Assembly (NCBI GenBank): GCA_973895155.1
Contig: OZ316896.1
Location: forward strand, 20,386,754-20,450,753
Origin: Marsupella aquatica
Taxonomy: Eukaryota > Plantae > Marchantiophyta
Direction of reading: 5' to 3'
Length of the DNA stretch: 64,000 nt
Below the pieces are notes generated by a model that saw only the letters and a program-made list of their open reading frames with translations, was not told the DNA's origin and did not search any database. Below are positions 1 through 12,224 of this stretch, piece after piece. Numbering within the stretch: position 1 is the first letter of the stretch; every line of letters starts with the position of its first letter. The position numbers were made by a program, and so were the translations under genes.

Positions 1-3000
1 TTTCTAGAACTGCTAAAAGATAGAAATTGCAATGCATCTCTTGAGTATTTGTTTTGAATGGGCACAATGAACCACTTGCACCGAGTGAACTATTGACAAA
101 GAGTTTTCTGGCCATCTGATTCATTTTATCAATGCACTCAGCACCTCCGTGACTGCATGTCTCTAAACACACCAATGCACGCACCCGACTTATGTTTTGG
201 GTGCAGCCTGCTCTTGTTTGTAAAACACACTGGGGGCCCTTCGAAGCCAGGGAAAGGTAAATATATTCAGTCCGTCCGTTATAATTTCGATCTTGTTCTT
301 TGAGACAAAACAGAATCAAATAGTACCTGGACTGATCACAGTCAATTGACTTCCGTTGGCCAATCCTGCGGTGTCCAATGCTGAGGTACGTCAGGTCATT
401 GCAAGTTACATTATTGTTCGAGATTTTCAGCAGGTTTACTCAGTTGTACATTTGATGTAGAATTCACCTGATAAAAACAGAGTAAGTATCCAAGGGAGCT
501 TGAAGGTGGTGCAAGCAATGTTTTCGAAGACTCATTGTTGAGTTCGAAGTAGTATTGTTCCTTCAATAAGATTTGTGGCATTGTTTTGGATTCTCAACTC
601 TTCTGCTGGCAAGTTATCTGGAGGCTCAACGGTCGAAAAATTTTCATTTCTGTAGCAACGCAAAAGCTGGTAAACAACATTTTTTCAACAAGAATGAGCA
701 GCTGGATGTTTAGTCGATTCAATGTATCTCTCAGGGTACCTGTATCCAAGAAAAGCAGAGGCTGCATGGGATCCACAACCTGAACAAAAGACATGAAAGG
801 TATCAGTGAACCCTCGAGACGTTTCAGCAGTTTCCTGGTCAGATTGAATATTCACCAATAAGATGTCAAAGTTCAGCATAATCCCTCCTGTAGTTTTAGC
901 TTTGTATATCTATGTAAGGTTAAGAGCCAATACCCCCCCTGCCAGCCTGGCCTGGGGTGGTGAGATTTTGGCCCCCTTGGCTAGCCAGCCTGGGAGGGTT
1001 ATCAAGGGCATATGCTTGTTAATCCAGTGGCCAATCTGGAAGGGTTATCCAATTTTAGGTGCAATTTTCAGGTCATAAATAGAGTAAAACTGCATTTGGG
1101 GGCCATGATTGTAACCCCCTCAGGCTCACTGCCCTTGGGGACTCCCAGCCAACTGAAGGCACTAGGAAATTAGCTCCTCCTTCTTAGGTCAGGAGAGCAT
1201 TTGCAGAATGATCTTTGGATTGTAGTCCCTCTGCTAGGTTCTGTCATCTGCTTTTTTATGAATTGATATATCGATATAGAGACAATCTTCCTTGGCTTCA
1301 TTTCAGAGACCTTCAGTCATGTTGTTTCTATCTGAACATGGTGCTTCAATTTTGTGGATCGCAAATCATAACTTGCCCATGAAATAGAGAAGCAACTTGT
1401 ATTAGCTCTGGACCAACTGAAACTAAAGACAGAGCCTTCTCCTCAATAGAAGTCTTTGTTCTTGTACATTTGTACATTTCTTGGCCCTTGTTATTGATGA
1501 TTTTGTGTTTGATTACTTCAACATCAAATTTAGCAGATGAGGAACCTCTTTTCACCTGGCCTTGCCTGACCTATAATAGGGATAGAGCAAAAGTGAATGA
1601 AATTAACCTTTCGTGCTAAGTCTGTGTGAGACACTAGGATGCATTTCAAGTTCAGTCAATCAACATAACATGATTACCAATCTAAACACTATAATATGGA
1701 AGCTCCTTAGTTGTTAGATTATGGTGACATTTTTCTTTATCATGAAATGGACATAAGGTGTCACTGTGCATCTTTTCCATTGCCAACCCGTCACTCTCTT
1801 CATAATTGACAAAATCTTTGAGATCCAGTTGTCAAGCCGGTTGGGTCTGCTCTATAACACTTCAGCTCAAGATCACTTATTTTCAACAATACTCACTTCA
1901 ACTCAAGGTCAATTATTTTCAACAATACTCTATACTACTGTGCATTGGGCTAGTGTGTAACCTCATCACACCGCGTGTTAAATCTACATCAGCCATACAA
2001 CCAGAACATAAACCAAGACACCTTTTGTTCAAATCACTTGGTTTATAGATCATAAATATATAGTATATTGCTTTATGTTCTGATGTACAGAGCGCATTAA
2101 CTTGACCTAGATTTAACATGCAGTCCTCATCACCTTAGGGCACAACAGCGAGAATGTTTTAAAGATATATTTACGGACTCACTACAACATATTTGACACT
2201 TTTGCGAAGGTATTTTTGTCGACGCTCTTGTATTTCCGATGGGCGGCGCTTTGCATAATTTGCGAATCAACCCGCATCGCAATTTGCGATTCTATCCCTA
2301 TCGCAAATATAATACTTGAAGCGCATTATATCGCTAATACGTTGCGAAGTAAGTGGTTTTGCAAGTTTTACCGAAACGCGCCGAATGGAAAGGCGCCTTC
2401 TGAAGACGGGAAAATCACTCGCCGACTCCGAAACTAACTCATGTAAATATTTGCGAAGAAGGTTGGATTGAAAATTTTTTGCGATAGTAGTTTTTTGACA
2501 AGTTTAAGAATGTCGGAGGATGGAAGATTTGCAAAACGGTGAGAATATGAAATTTGTGATTGATTTTGCATCACAAGTTTGCGAAGAGTATAGTATGGAA
2601 ATATTGAGAAACGAGAAGCTTCATAGAAATTGCGAGTCCGGTGAGATTTTGTGAGCTTCGCAAATTGTTCGCAAACTAAAAATTAAGATTATTGTGAGGT
2701 GAGACAATGAAGAGGGTGGATGGTCCAATATATGGATGGGGCAGGAGGGAAGAGGAAGGGAGGAAGGAGGGAGGAGGAGGGACAGACGTACCACGGAGGA
2801 GGGAAACACGAGGGTGAGAATGAAAATTATGGAATAGGTAGGAAATAAAGTTATATTGAGCAACAGAGGTTAGATAGAAAGTTGCATGTAAAATTCACAA
2901 GTGATCACAATAAAACAATACAATACATATGTCATGAGTATGACTCATTCAAAAGTGAATGGCAAATATAAATATAGACAATACTTTTTTTTATATCACC

Positions 3001-4088
3001 AAACATGAACAAATCAAATATAACATGAACAAATGTCTAGGCTGGACCCAAGTGCATATAAATATGTCCCTCACACTTGGTCCTCATCGGCCTCAAGGTC
3101 ATCTAGGTCTGATACAATAACATCTGGCTTCTCAGTAACAATGGAACGAGAACGTGGCACATAGGTGATGACAATTGACCACTCGGTGTCTAAGGGGTAT
3201 GGAATGTAGAAACATTGCTCCAAGTGTAATGGGAAAGCAAATGGTTCTGATGTTTGCCAATGAGATGCTTGAACACTAGTGGCACTTGTCTTCAACCGTG
3301 TAAACCCACTCTCATCTTGAAGTATAGTGCAATTTTGACCAACAAGGTTCACTTTGAACCACTTGCACTTGAAGACATATTCCTCAAACTTTGAATGGTT
3401 GTCATATGATACCACCAAGATCTCCTCTATCTTCCCATAGTGTGGCACAACATCTCTAACAATGTTCCTATCATGGCGGCTGCTTCTGGAGTCTTGAGAA
3501 AATTCCCCTTGAACTCCACAATCAAAAGTACGACCCCTCTTCTCATCAAGGGAAGAAACCCTGAAATTAACAAAACCCACAAATTTTTATTACACAAAAG
3601 ATACCATTAATGTAATAATCATCAAAATATGACACCCATCCCTAAATAGCCAAAACCCACATGGCCTATGGCATAAATATAGAAGCCAACATTACAGTTA
3701 TGGATGTCATTAATGATAATAGAAAGTTTTTAAACAATAGAAATAACTAATCAAAATAAGGTCTACATGAATTAATAGAGGAAGAAAAGTTAGGTACTAG
3801 TGGACCTGAAGTGTCTCCCTTGTGTCCACATAGCCGTCTTGGATGTCACCACTCTCAAAGGGCCATGAACAATGGTCCGAACGTCATCTGTGATGGTAGG
3901 AAAGTGGGACACATCTCCTCCTTGTGTCACCATGTCATCCAACTCAAGCAACTTTTGCTTCATATACTCATGCATCTTAGGAAAAATTCTTGCTCTTTGA
4001 CTTGTTCTCTTGGCATTCTCATAAAACTCTCTCCATTTCTCCATGATATTACTATTACTCAACATAAATGTTGTCAACTGTGACCACT

Positions 4089-7000
4089 AACAAGAAGCCT
4101 TAAAGGGTGAGTAACAAGCCCAAACTCTAAGCACTCTCGTAAAAAAATTGCAGAAACAAAGAAAATGGCAAAAAAGTGGCCAAAAATACTACCTGTTTTT
4201 TGACAAAATTATAAAACAAACTGAAAGTATTAAAATGACACTTTTTTCACCATCTCCTAATTACAAAATGATCTCAACTTACTTTTGATAAAATTACTAC
4301 CTATAATTTTACTATGCCATTTTAGCAATTTTTACCAAAACATGATTTGTATTTTTAACAAACAATCAAATTACCTCCATAATTCATTAGACTTGGGAAA
4401 AATTCAAATTCATAAAATATGATCTCTTTTTGACTCTCCAACATGCGCCCCTTCACTCTTTGAGGAAGACTTTTCAATGGAAGATGATATCTCCACAAAT
4501 TCACCACCTACGCTTCCAGATGTACCCGTTCTGATCCAAATCAGATCACTCAATGGCTCCTCTTTTACTCTCAACCTGGCTCTCAACATGCCTGAGTTTG
4601 ATTTGTTAGGCAACATCTGAATTTCACAAACATATTGACCCAACTGGGCTCCCCCAACCTCTTCTTGGGGACCTCTTCCAAATTCTTATTCTTCCCCTTC
4701 AAGTTAATTTCTTGATATTGATTGGCTTCCAATCTCAGCCAAATGATGCAAGTGTGCCCGGGTGACCTTCTTGTGATGATCCTTTCCTTGCCGGAATTAT
4801 TTGCAGCCTCAGTAGGTCTTCTTGTGTCCCCGCTTGTGTCAGCGCTCTTACACCTTCCTGGAATTTGAGAGATGTCAGATGACCATATTCACTCTCTCCC
4901 CTTGGTGCTTGTTGCAACGCTTGACCTTTCCAAAATGCACAACAATCTGGTTTTGAGACAGGACTTAGTGTTTTTAGAAACTTGTTACAATCGGTCTTCA
5001 TGAATTCATGAGTCCGCTTTCTCAACTGTCCACTATCTTGAAGACCCTTGAGTCGGACACCCAAATTAACACTAGTCTCAACCACATGGGATAGAACTTA
5101 ACGCCCGGGGAGGCTAGTGCTCTCAAATGAGTGAGAAGAACTTAATGTAGACAAAACACACAAAAGAGCAAAAACCCTTTAACTTGAAACAAATGAAATA
5201 ACATGTTTTCATGAATAGAGGACGCCTATTTGAACTTAATTGGTCCTTTCTCTAATTTAAATGAATAAGAAATGCTTAAATCATTTTTCAATAATTAAGC
5301 CAATCCTTTCATGACATAGATGAACAAGTCAAGGAAAAAGTTGAAAAAATTATATTTCCAAAAGTTTTTTATGACACAACACTTTATTAATTAGTCTTCT
5401 TGGCTACTAGGTGGTATCTTAGTCCTTTGACTTTTTGGCTTGTTGGGCAACTTAGGGCTTCTTTGGGCCTTTTCCCTTCCCCATACCTCCCTTTACTAGA
5501 TTGCTCAATTATTAATCTCACAATATTGTTTGGACTACCCAATCCAGTTTACTTGGAGAAATAAATCATTTTTAGGTTTGCATTCCCAAGTTTCATGAGG
5601 ATAAACATTGGCATTAAAAACCCATATGTTTTTGCCCACCAAGATACGTACTTCCATGACTCATGATTGGAGAGTTTGTCTTGTTGACCTACTGTTTCCA
5701 TATGGTTTTTGAAATATTGGCATTTGGAGCACTTTTTGCTTTTATTTCACCATATTTTTTGCATTTCTTGAGATTGAGTGGTTTGTCTTTATCCCCTTTT
5801 CTTTCACTTTTGAAGTCTTTCTTTTGGCTATTCTGGAGATTCTCTCCCTAAGATACCTTATTCTCTTTCATGAATTCATGAAGGGGCTACCACCTGGGAA
5901 ACTGAGAAACCAAAAGCTTCATGAATTCATGAAGCCCAAAACTGGTTGTGACAAAATACAAAGGGCAAAGACTGTGTTGCAAGCTCAATGACCTACAAAG
6001 GGCTAGGGTAGCCAATTGGCTATGGCAAAGGAGGCTGCGGCCTGGAGAGGGCTATTGCCCCTCACTTAAGCTCAAGTCGCATCAAGGTGCTGTCATCAGC
6101 TGCCGATTGAGGTCAGGCCTAATTTATGGTCTGGGAATGACTGCTAATCTCTGCTGTCGCCTTCAAAATCCTGAAGCTGAAATTTTGAATTCCTGGTTTG
6201 ATGTTGATGCTTTGATTGCTGGATTTCACCTGAGTGTTGGACTTTGATTTCTCAGATTTGGTTATTGAATGAGCTTCTACTGTGATTGACTGCTACTTGA
6301 ATTAGCTGTGGTAGACTCTGATTAAATGAGACAGATTCCAATTAGGGGAGATAGCCACAAAGGATCAGGGATAATTTGTGAAAAATTGAGCTTGAGAGCT
6401 AGATCTCAATCGAGCAGACCTAAGGATTGAAGGGGGAGCGAGTGGAGGATGGGAGAGGGAGCAAGGGAGATTGGAATGGGATTGATAAGGATTGGAAGGG
6501 GATTGGAAGGGGGGCCATTTAGGGATTGGAGGAGGGTGGACAATCGACCGTCAGGGGAACGATCAACCATCAGAGGGGGATGGAGCACCGGAGGAGGGCA
6601 GTCGAGCATCAAGGGGATGATCAAACATTGGAGGGGGAGCGGTAAAAGATTGGGGGGGAGGGTTTAGGATTGGGGAAGGGTTTCACTAATCAGGGACCAG
6701 GGGAGGGCCGATCGGGAATCAAGATTGATCCAGGGAGGATTAAGGGTTGACCAGGCCTGGTCTGGGTCAAAAATGAGTCCAAGGTGGGTGGATTGGGAGC
6801 AGAAGCAAAGAGAACTATCGAGCTTGGGGGAACTAACTGGAGGGAGCTAGGAGGATCAGGTAGCTTCTTTCAGGTGAGAACCCGGCTTCATGATTTCATG
6901 AAGCCAGGTGGCTGCCCAAATCAAACTCGATGTACATTTCAATATTGGTATGGATCAAGAGAGTGGGGAGGACGTGAAGCGCACCAGAGTAGAGGGTGCA

Positions 7001-7411
7001 ACAGAAGATGTAACTATTGAGCTAGCTCGGATTGAAGCAAGGATCTTCTAGAAGTGGAGAGGAGGTTAGAGAAGCCTTAGATTAGTTGAGTTGCATTGTA
7101 TTTAGAGATTTAGTGGACTTAGATGCACACCTACAATGGATAGTGGCATTCTACTTAAGATTTTGAGTTTGCACAAACTCAGATCAAAGACCGTAAATTT
7201 TATGTTTGTAATTAAGTATGGATTTGTTGTTTTTGGTAATTGTGAAAATGATGTTGAAAATATCCCAAGATTTTCATTGAAAGAATTATAATAGCAAAGT
7301 TCACAAAACATGTTTCATTTTTATATGTTTTTTTAAAGCACTTTTGGAAAAATCATGAAAATCTTGAAAAAGGAATTCGGGCCTTGGACTCATCCCTTAA
7401 GGCTCCATGTT
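4089..7411. mobile_element. Non-autonomous TIR element nested in the CACTA-1 transposase (Kolobok-like inner ends; superfamily uncertain)
   Basis: Imperfect ~38-bp TIRs: AACAAGAAGCCTTAAAGGGTGAGTAACAAGCCCAAACTC vs reverse complement of the right end AACATGGAGCCTTAAGGGATGAGTCCAAGGCCCGAATTC. Flanking CACT duplication at 4085-4088 and 7412-7415. Transposase coding sequence resumes on both sides. No recognisable transposase inside. Confidence 0.75.
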
Positions 7412-7975
7412 CACTATGTTGATGTCAACATGCGTGTTTTTGTGGCACCTGTTAAACGATCCTCCTCTTCTCTTTCCTCCATCCAAGTATGTGGACAAGT
7501 AGGATCAATGGTGGCCAAGATGTTACTACAATAAAACATACTCTCTGCTGCCAAGTATCCTGTAGCTATGCTTCCCTCCACCCGTGCACGGTTACGTACA
7601 TAAGCCTTCAACACCGCCATGTACCGCTCAAGCCAATACATCCATCTACAATGCACTGGACCTGCAATGGCAACCTCCCGCACAAGATGCACAAGTAAAT
7701 GAACCTGACAATCAAAGAAGGAAGGAGGAAGGGCTTTCTCCAACTTGCATACCACCTCAGCTGCCAATACCTCCATCCCAGAGATTTCTTCTACATATAT
7801 CTCCTTTGAGCATATCCATCTCAACAAACGACCCAATGACCAGATGACATCTTGCACTTCTTCACTCCCTATACCTATAATTGCCACTGGCAATATATGC
7901 TGCAATAGGCGATGATAGTCATGTGTCTTCAGATATCGTGGCCACTTGTGATTGTCCTCCATCCCAAAAGCTTTT

Positions 7976-10900
7976 TGTGACAGGTACCCCATCACGGGAA
8001 GTCACACATAACTGATCGCGGAGGCCTATGCATTGTTAATAGCCACTATAAATAAGCCGTTTTTTTGAATTTTCGAGTTAATTCCATCCTTTCAAGTTGG
8101 CGCTGCCAGGAGGACCTTACTTTATTTTATTCTCTTCTCAGAATTGTTCTAAACGGTCACGGCAACCTAGGGGGGGCAAATAGGTGGCCTTGCCATTTCA
8201 CTTGAACCATTGTCAAGTTCCCCCTATAAGTCCAAGAGGTTAACTTTTCTTTTTGGGGTTAAATGGGTATAACCACAACAAGGGCCAAAAGAAAAGAATG
8301 AGTTCTTTTGAGAGGTTAACAGTTGTTGGGGTAAAGGGGAGGGAAATAGGGGGTCCATAAGGGGCAGCCCCTGTGGACGCCACCTGGCATCTCCATAAGG
8401 CAAGCCGGGGCGCATGGCGAAAAGGAGTTGGGGGGAATTAAACCCCTCTCGAGGAGCCCTCTTAAAAGGGGCCCCACGAGTGAACGAAGGAGAGGGCCGC
8501 GAGCCCTGCATAGGGTCACGAGCCCACCAGCCGCAGCCGCAAGTAGACGCAGCAGCGAGGGGGAGAAAGCAGGGCGCTAAGCGGGGCTCCACGAGTAAAG
8601 GAGGTACCGCAAGGAGGGAGCGAGCCTTGCATAGGGCCGCGAGCCCACCAGCAGAACCCGAGGCGGGGTGCCGGAGCCGAGAGGAGGAGCCCGCGAGTGG
8701 GCGAGCCCAGGTGAGGCGAGCTAGGGCGAGAGGTGAGCCGGGGCCGCAGCCGGCGCCGGGAGGAGAAGACCGCGAGTAGGGGGGGAATTAAATTTCCCTG
8801 GCCTTGGAGGACTGGGCGCCTGCAGCGAGGTGCGGGGACGTGGGTAAGGAGGGCCGCGTGTTGGCAAACGCAAGCCCTTCATAGGGCCGCGAGCCGGGGC
8901 GCATGGCGTGAGGGGAGCCAGGAGAAAAACTTGATGAGGAGGGTGAAGAAAGGGGTTTACTTCCCTTTCCTTTGTATTTGTTTTTTTTCTCCCTTTCTTC
9001 TCTTTGCGACTTCTTACTCTGCCGAAAGCAAGTTCTCTCATTGCCGAGCTCTCTCCACATTCTAATTATTTTTGAAGCTCCCTCTCTCATGGTAGATTGG
9101 TGGGGCTTGGTGGCGTGATTCTTCCGGGCATTAGCGGCAGCAGCACGGAGTGGCTTCTGAGGGAATTGAGAGTAATTGATTGATCGGGATACGGGGGCGC
9201 CAGGGAATTGACATTGCTACGGGTGACGGGATTTGGTGATTGAGGATTTGATTTCTGGATGCATGGATGCTGGATCAATCGGAGTTTAGTGCGGCACGCA
9301 TGTGGAGATACAAGGCTGCTTACCGTGACTACGTTGAGACATTGATTGAAAGAGAGAGAGAAGAGAGAGAAGCTACGATGAGTACTGGATTGGCGGTAAG
9401 TTCCGCACCGGTGAGTAGGAAGGTTTTCCGTCGAATTTATCCCAAAACCTCCGCCAAGGTGATGGAGGATTGTAGGAATATTTTTCAAGTCATCGGGCTC
9501 ACGGAGTTCATGAAGGTGGAGATTACAATCCCTTCGGGGAAGAGTTGGAACATTGAGGCCGGGATGGAGTTACGTACGGAAGGAATCTACTTTGAATGTC
9601 TCCAACGGGTAGTGCCCCATGTGGAGTTAGCTAAGCTGCTGTTCCTGGAGAACCAACAATTCTCATTCACACCTCGGAACATAAGGGGAGAGCTCACATT
9701 GACAATGGTGGCTGGTTGGGTGATTAACCCCACCTCCACTACTTCCATTCCTCTTTCCGCCGTCAAGGATGCAGAGCACAAGGGATTTCTGGCCAAGGTT
9801 CATCAACGGGTCCTTGGTAACGTGCAATTCGGGGTGGTGAATGGAGAGCATTTCGTGGTAGCTATGGACATCAAGAACTATCCAGCCCATGTGTACGGAT
9901 GGTGGTACTATGGGTTGAAGAAGCTATTGGACGCCGATCCCGGGAGTGTGAAACCAGGTGGGGCTGTACATTTGATGGGGTCATTTTTGCTAGCTAGAAC
10001 AGAAGGGTGGATTGTTTCCCCGGGACAGGAAGACACTGGATCATCCCTTACCACGGAAATCAGGAGTATTGCCACTACCATTTTGGGGAAACTAACGGAG
10101 GGATCATCGTTGGCGGTTGGGGATGATAATAGAGAGGAAGAAAACCAGGATGAGGACTCCACAATGGAGTGGCTTGATCACTTGTGGGAAATCCGGAGGA
10201 GCCCCTGGTCTACAACATTCCTGATGTCTACCTGGCAGAGTTGCGGGAATTCCGGGAGGGAGTCCATGAGGGACTCAAGCTAGTCCACGCATTGAGAGAT
10301 TCTCTCAAGCAAACCACCGCCAGAGTAGAGACTTTGGAGCAGAGTGCCCTATCTATGAAGGAGGTGATCAAGGCCAAGGAGGAGGCCATTCATGAGAAGG
10401 TTAAACTTCTCCAAGTAGCTCACGTAGAGATCTCCAACTTGAAGGGAGCCTTGTCCACCAAGGTCAAGGAAGCGGAAATGGTTGGAGTATTGAAACAGAC
10501 ATTGGCCAAAGAGAAGCAGAATTCTGGAGAAGTGGTGGAGTTAAGAGCCCAGGTGGGAGCACTACGGAGTCAAATGGTGATCTTTGAGACAAGGGCTAAG
10601 AGGAGTGAGGCCTTGAGTCTGGGGAAACGGAAGAGTCCCTGCACGCCTAGCTCCACACTCTCCCCGGATTTGATCTCCAAGGCCATTGAGTTGGCGGTGA
10701 AGGAGGTCAGTGGGAAGTATGGACCCCTGTTGGATGCAGCCAAGAAGAGTCAAGAGAAGAGCAAGAGCTTAGAGAAGAAGCTCAGGGAGGTACGTAAATC
10801 GTTACGAGAAGCTCAGGTCAACACGGGGATGCCACCCCGATCTGTCACCCCTGGGACTCCCATGGCCACCGGGCAGGTTTTACCGTTGGAGTTGCGGTCC

Positions 10901-12224
10901 GGTGAAGAGGCTGCCTTATGGAAGGACACCATTGGTGAGGGGTACATCAAGGCGTGGCAGGCCTTGGCCAATTTGAGGAAGCAGGGGAGCACTAGCACCA
11001 GGAGTACCCCGGTGAAGAAGAAGAGGAGTGAAGTGGCACTCACTCCAGTGGAGAGTGATGAGGAGGCCCACTCACGGGGCTCAAGCCAGGGCACCGTGAG
11101 TGAAGAGGAGGAGGATTAGAGTGGTCGTACGGACGTGGTTGTGCGGCCCCTAAACTTTCCAACTTTTTTGTGAGGGGTCACTCACGGGCTTGCTGGAAAG
11201 AGCTCGCGGAGCTGATTCCAACAAGGGGCGGTGCTCCTCAAACGGAGCCAGGATGAGCAGGTTATGGCCCGACGAAGTTGTGTTTATGGGATACAGAAAC
11301 GGCCATAACTTGGTCGTCCGATGTCCGTTTCGAGAGCGGTTGAGTGATTCGTGATCAGGAGGAGGAGAGATATCCAGGGGTGAACTCAGAAGTGCAAGTG
11401 GAGGGGCGCCTAGTTTTGGCCATTATGGGGTTCCTTGCAATTTCACGGTTCACAGAGTAATGTTGGGGCGCTGTCGAAGGCACCACCGGCCCATTGTTAG
11501 TTTAGGGTTTAGGGTTTTAGAAGCATGTGTGTGCCGCATGGTTTTAGTTTAGGGGTTTCTTAGTAAAGGGTTTAGCGGCGCCGCTAGGGAAGGCCGCCAT
11601 CGTTGTGGCCTCGTGAGGGGTGCTTTGGTGTGTTGTTTTGAGTATTTAGGGGGAGAGCCCCGGAGTAGTGAGGGGGGGAACTCAGTTTAGTGTTGTTATT
11701 AGGGAAGTTAGCTCATAGTCAGAAGGGGAATTTAAGCCAGAGTAGTGAGGTAGAGGTGTAGCGCTTGCCCCAGTGAGGCAAGAGTTGGGCAGACGGTAGG
11801 AGGCTGGGTTGTCCTTGCAATGTGTTACCACTTTTTGCCAAAAGATATGGATTTGGTGTGATTTCTCAAGTTTTGGTGTGGCGTTATCTTTTTCGGCTCA
11901 CAATTGTGTTCTTTCCCAAGAAGTGTCTAAGGAATACTTGCACGGATTGGTCGATTGTGTGAGTAAGGGGGTGGTGACAGCACTCCAGCGACCAGTAGGA
12001 GTGTGTGTGTGTGGCGTAGTCCATGGGACTTGATCAAAACCAGAGGGGCTAGTAGGTAGACTTGATCAAAAATTACACTTCCGGGAGCGGAATCAAACAT
12101 ACTCATCCTACGTGCAATAGAATCCTAATAGCGTCCCTCCACGTTCCCCGTCATACGATAACAAACGATTTTAGTAGGAGTAAATACGTATTTGTCGTGT
12201 AAATCGTTTGATAAGCAGGTGACA
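7976..12224. mobile_element. 4.25-kb TG..CA insertion with 5-bp TSD (probable ORF-bearing solo LTR or LTR-retrotransposon derivative)
   Basis: Starts TGTGACAGG at 7976 and ends GCAGGTGACA at 12224. TSD CTTTT at 7971-7975 and 12225-12229. Removing it restores GANLRK-AFGMED of the transposase. No gag/pol and no internal LTR pair seen. Confidence 0.85.
9267..11119 (+). pseudogene. Retrotransposon accessory ORF (plant-transposon-protein-like N-terminus plus coiled coil), one frameshift near 10180
   Basis: Overlapping ORFs 9267-10283 and 10184-11119. The C-terminal part is a heptad-rich coiled coil followed by a basic/acidic tail. Family assignment is by impression only. Confidence 0.55.

Noticed and set aside
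1-2110. Gene or TE in the first 2 kb
   Set aside because: Only short ORFs and a ~36-bp local duplication (~1858-1930); nothing assignable.
4089-7413. Nested TIR insertion as a perfectly spliced GT..AG intron on the minus strand
   Set aside because: GTGAAC..TTGTTAG exists, but splicing it leaves the transposase one base out of frame.
8224-9090. Cluster of overlapping 100-120 aa ORFs
   Set aside because: GC-rich repetitive region inside the TG..CA insert; low-complexity translations with no motifs.
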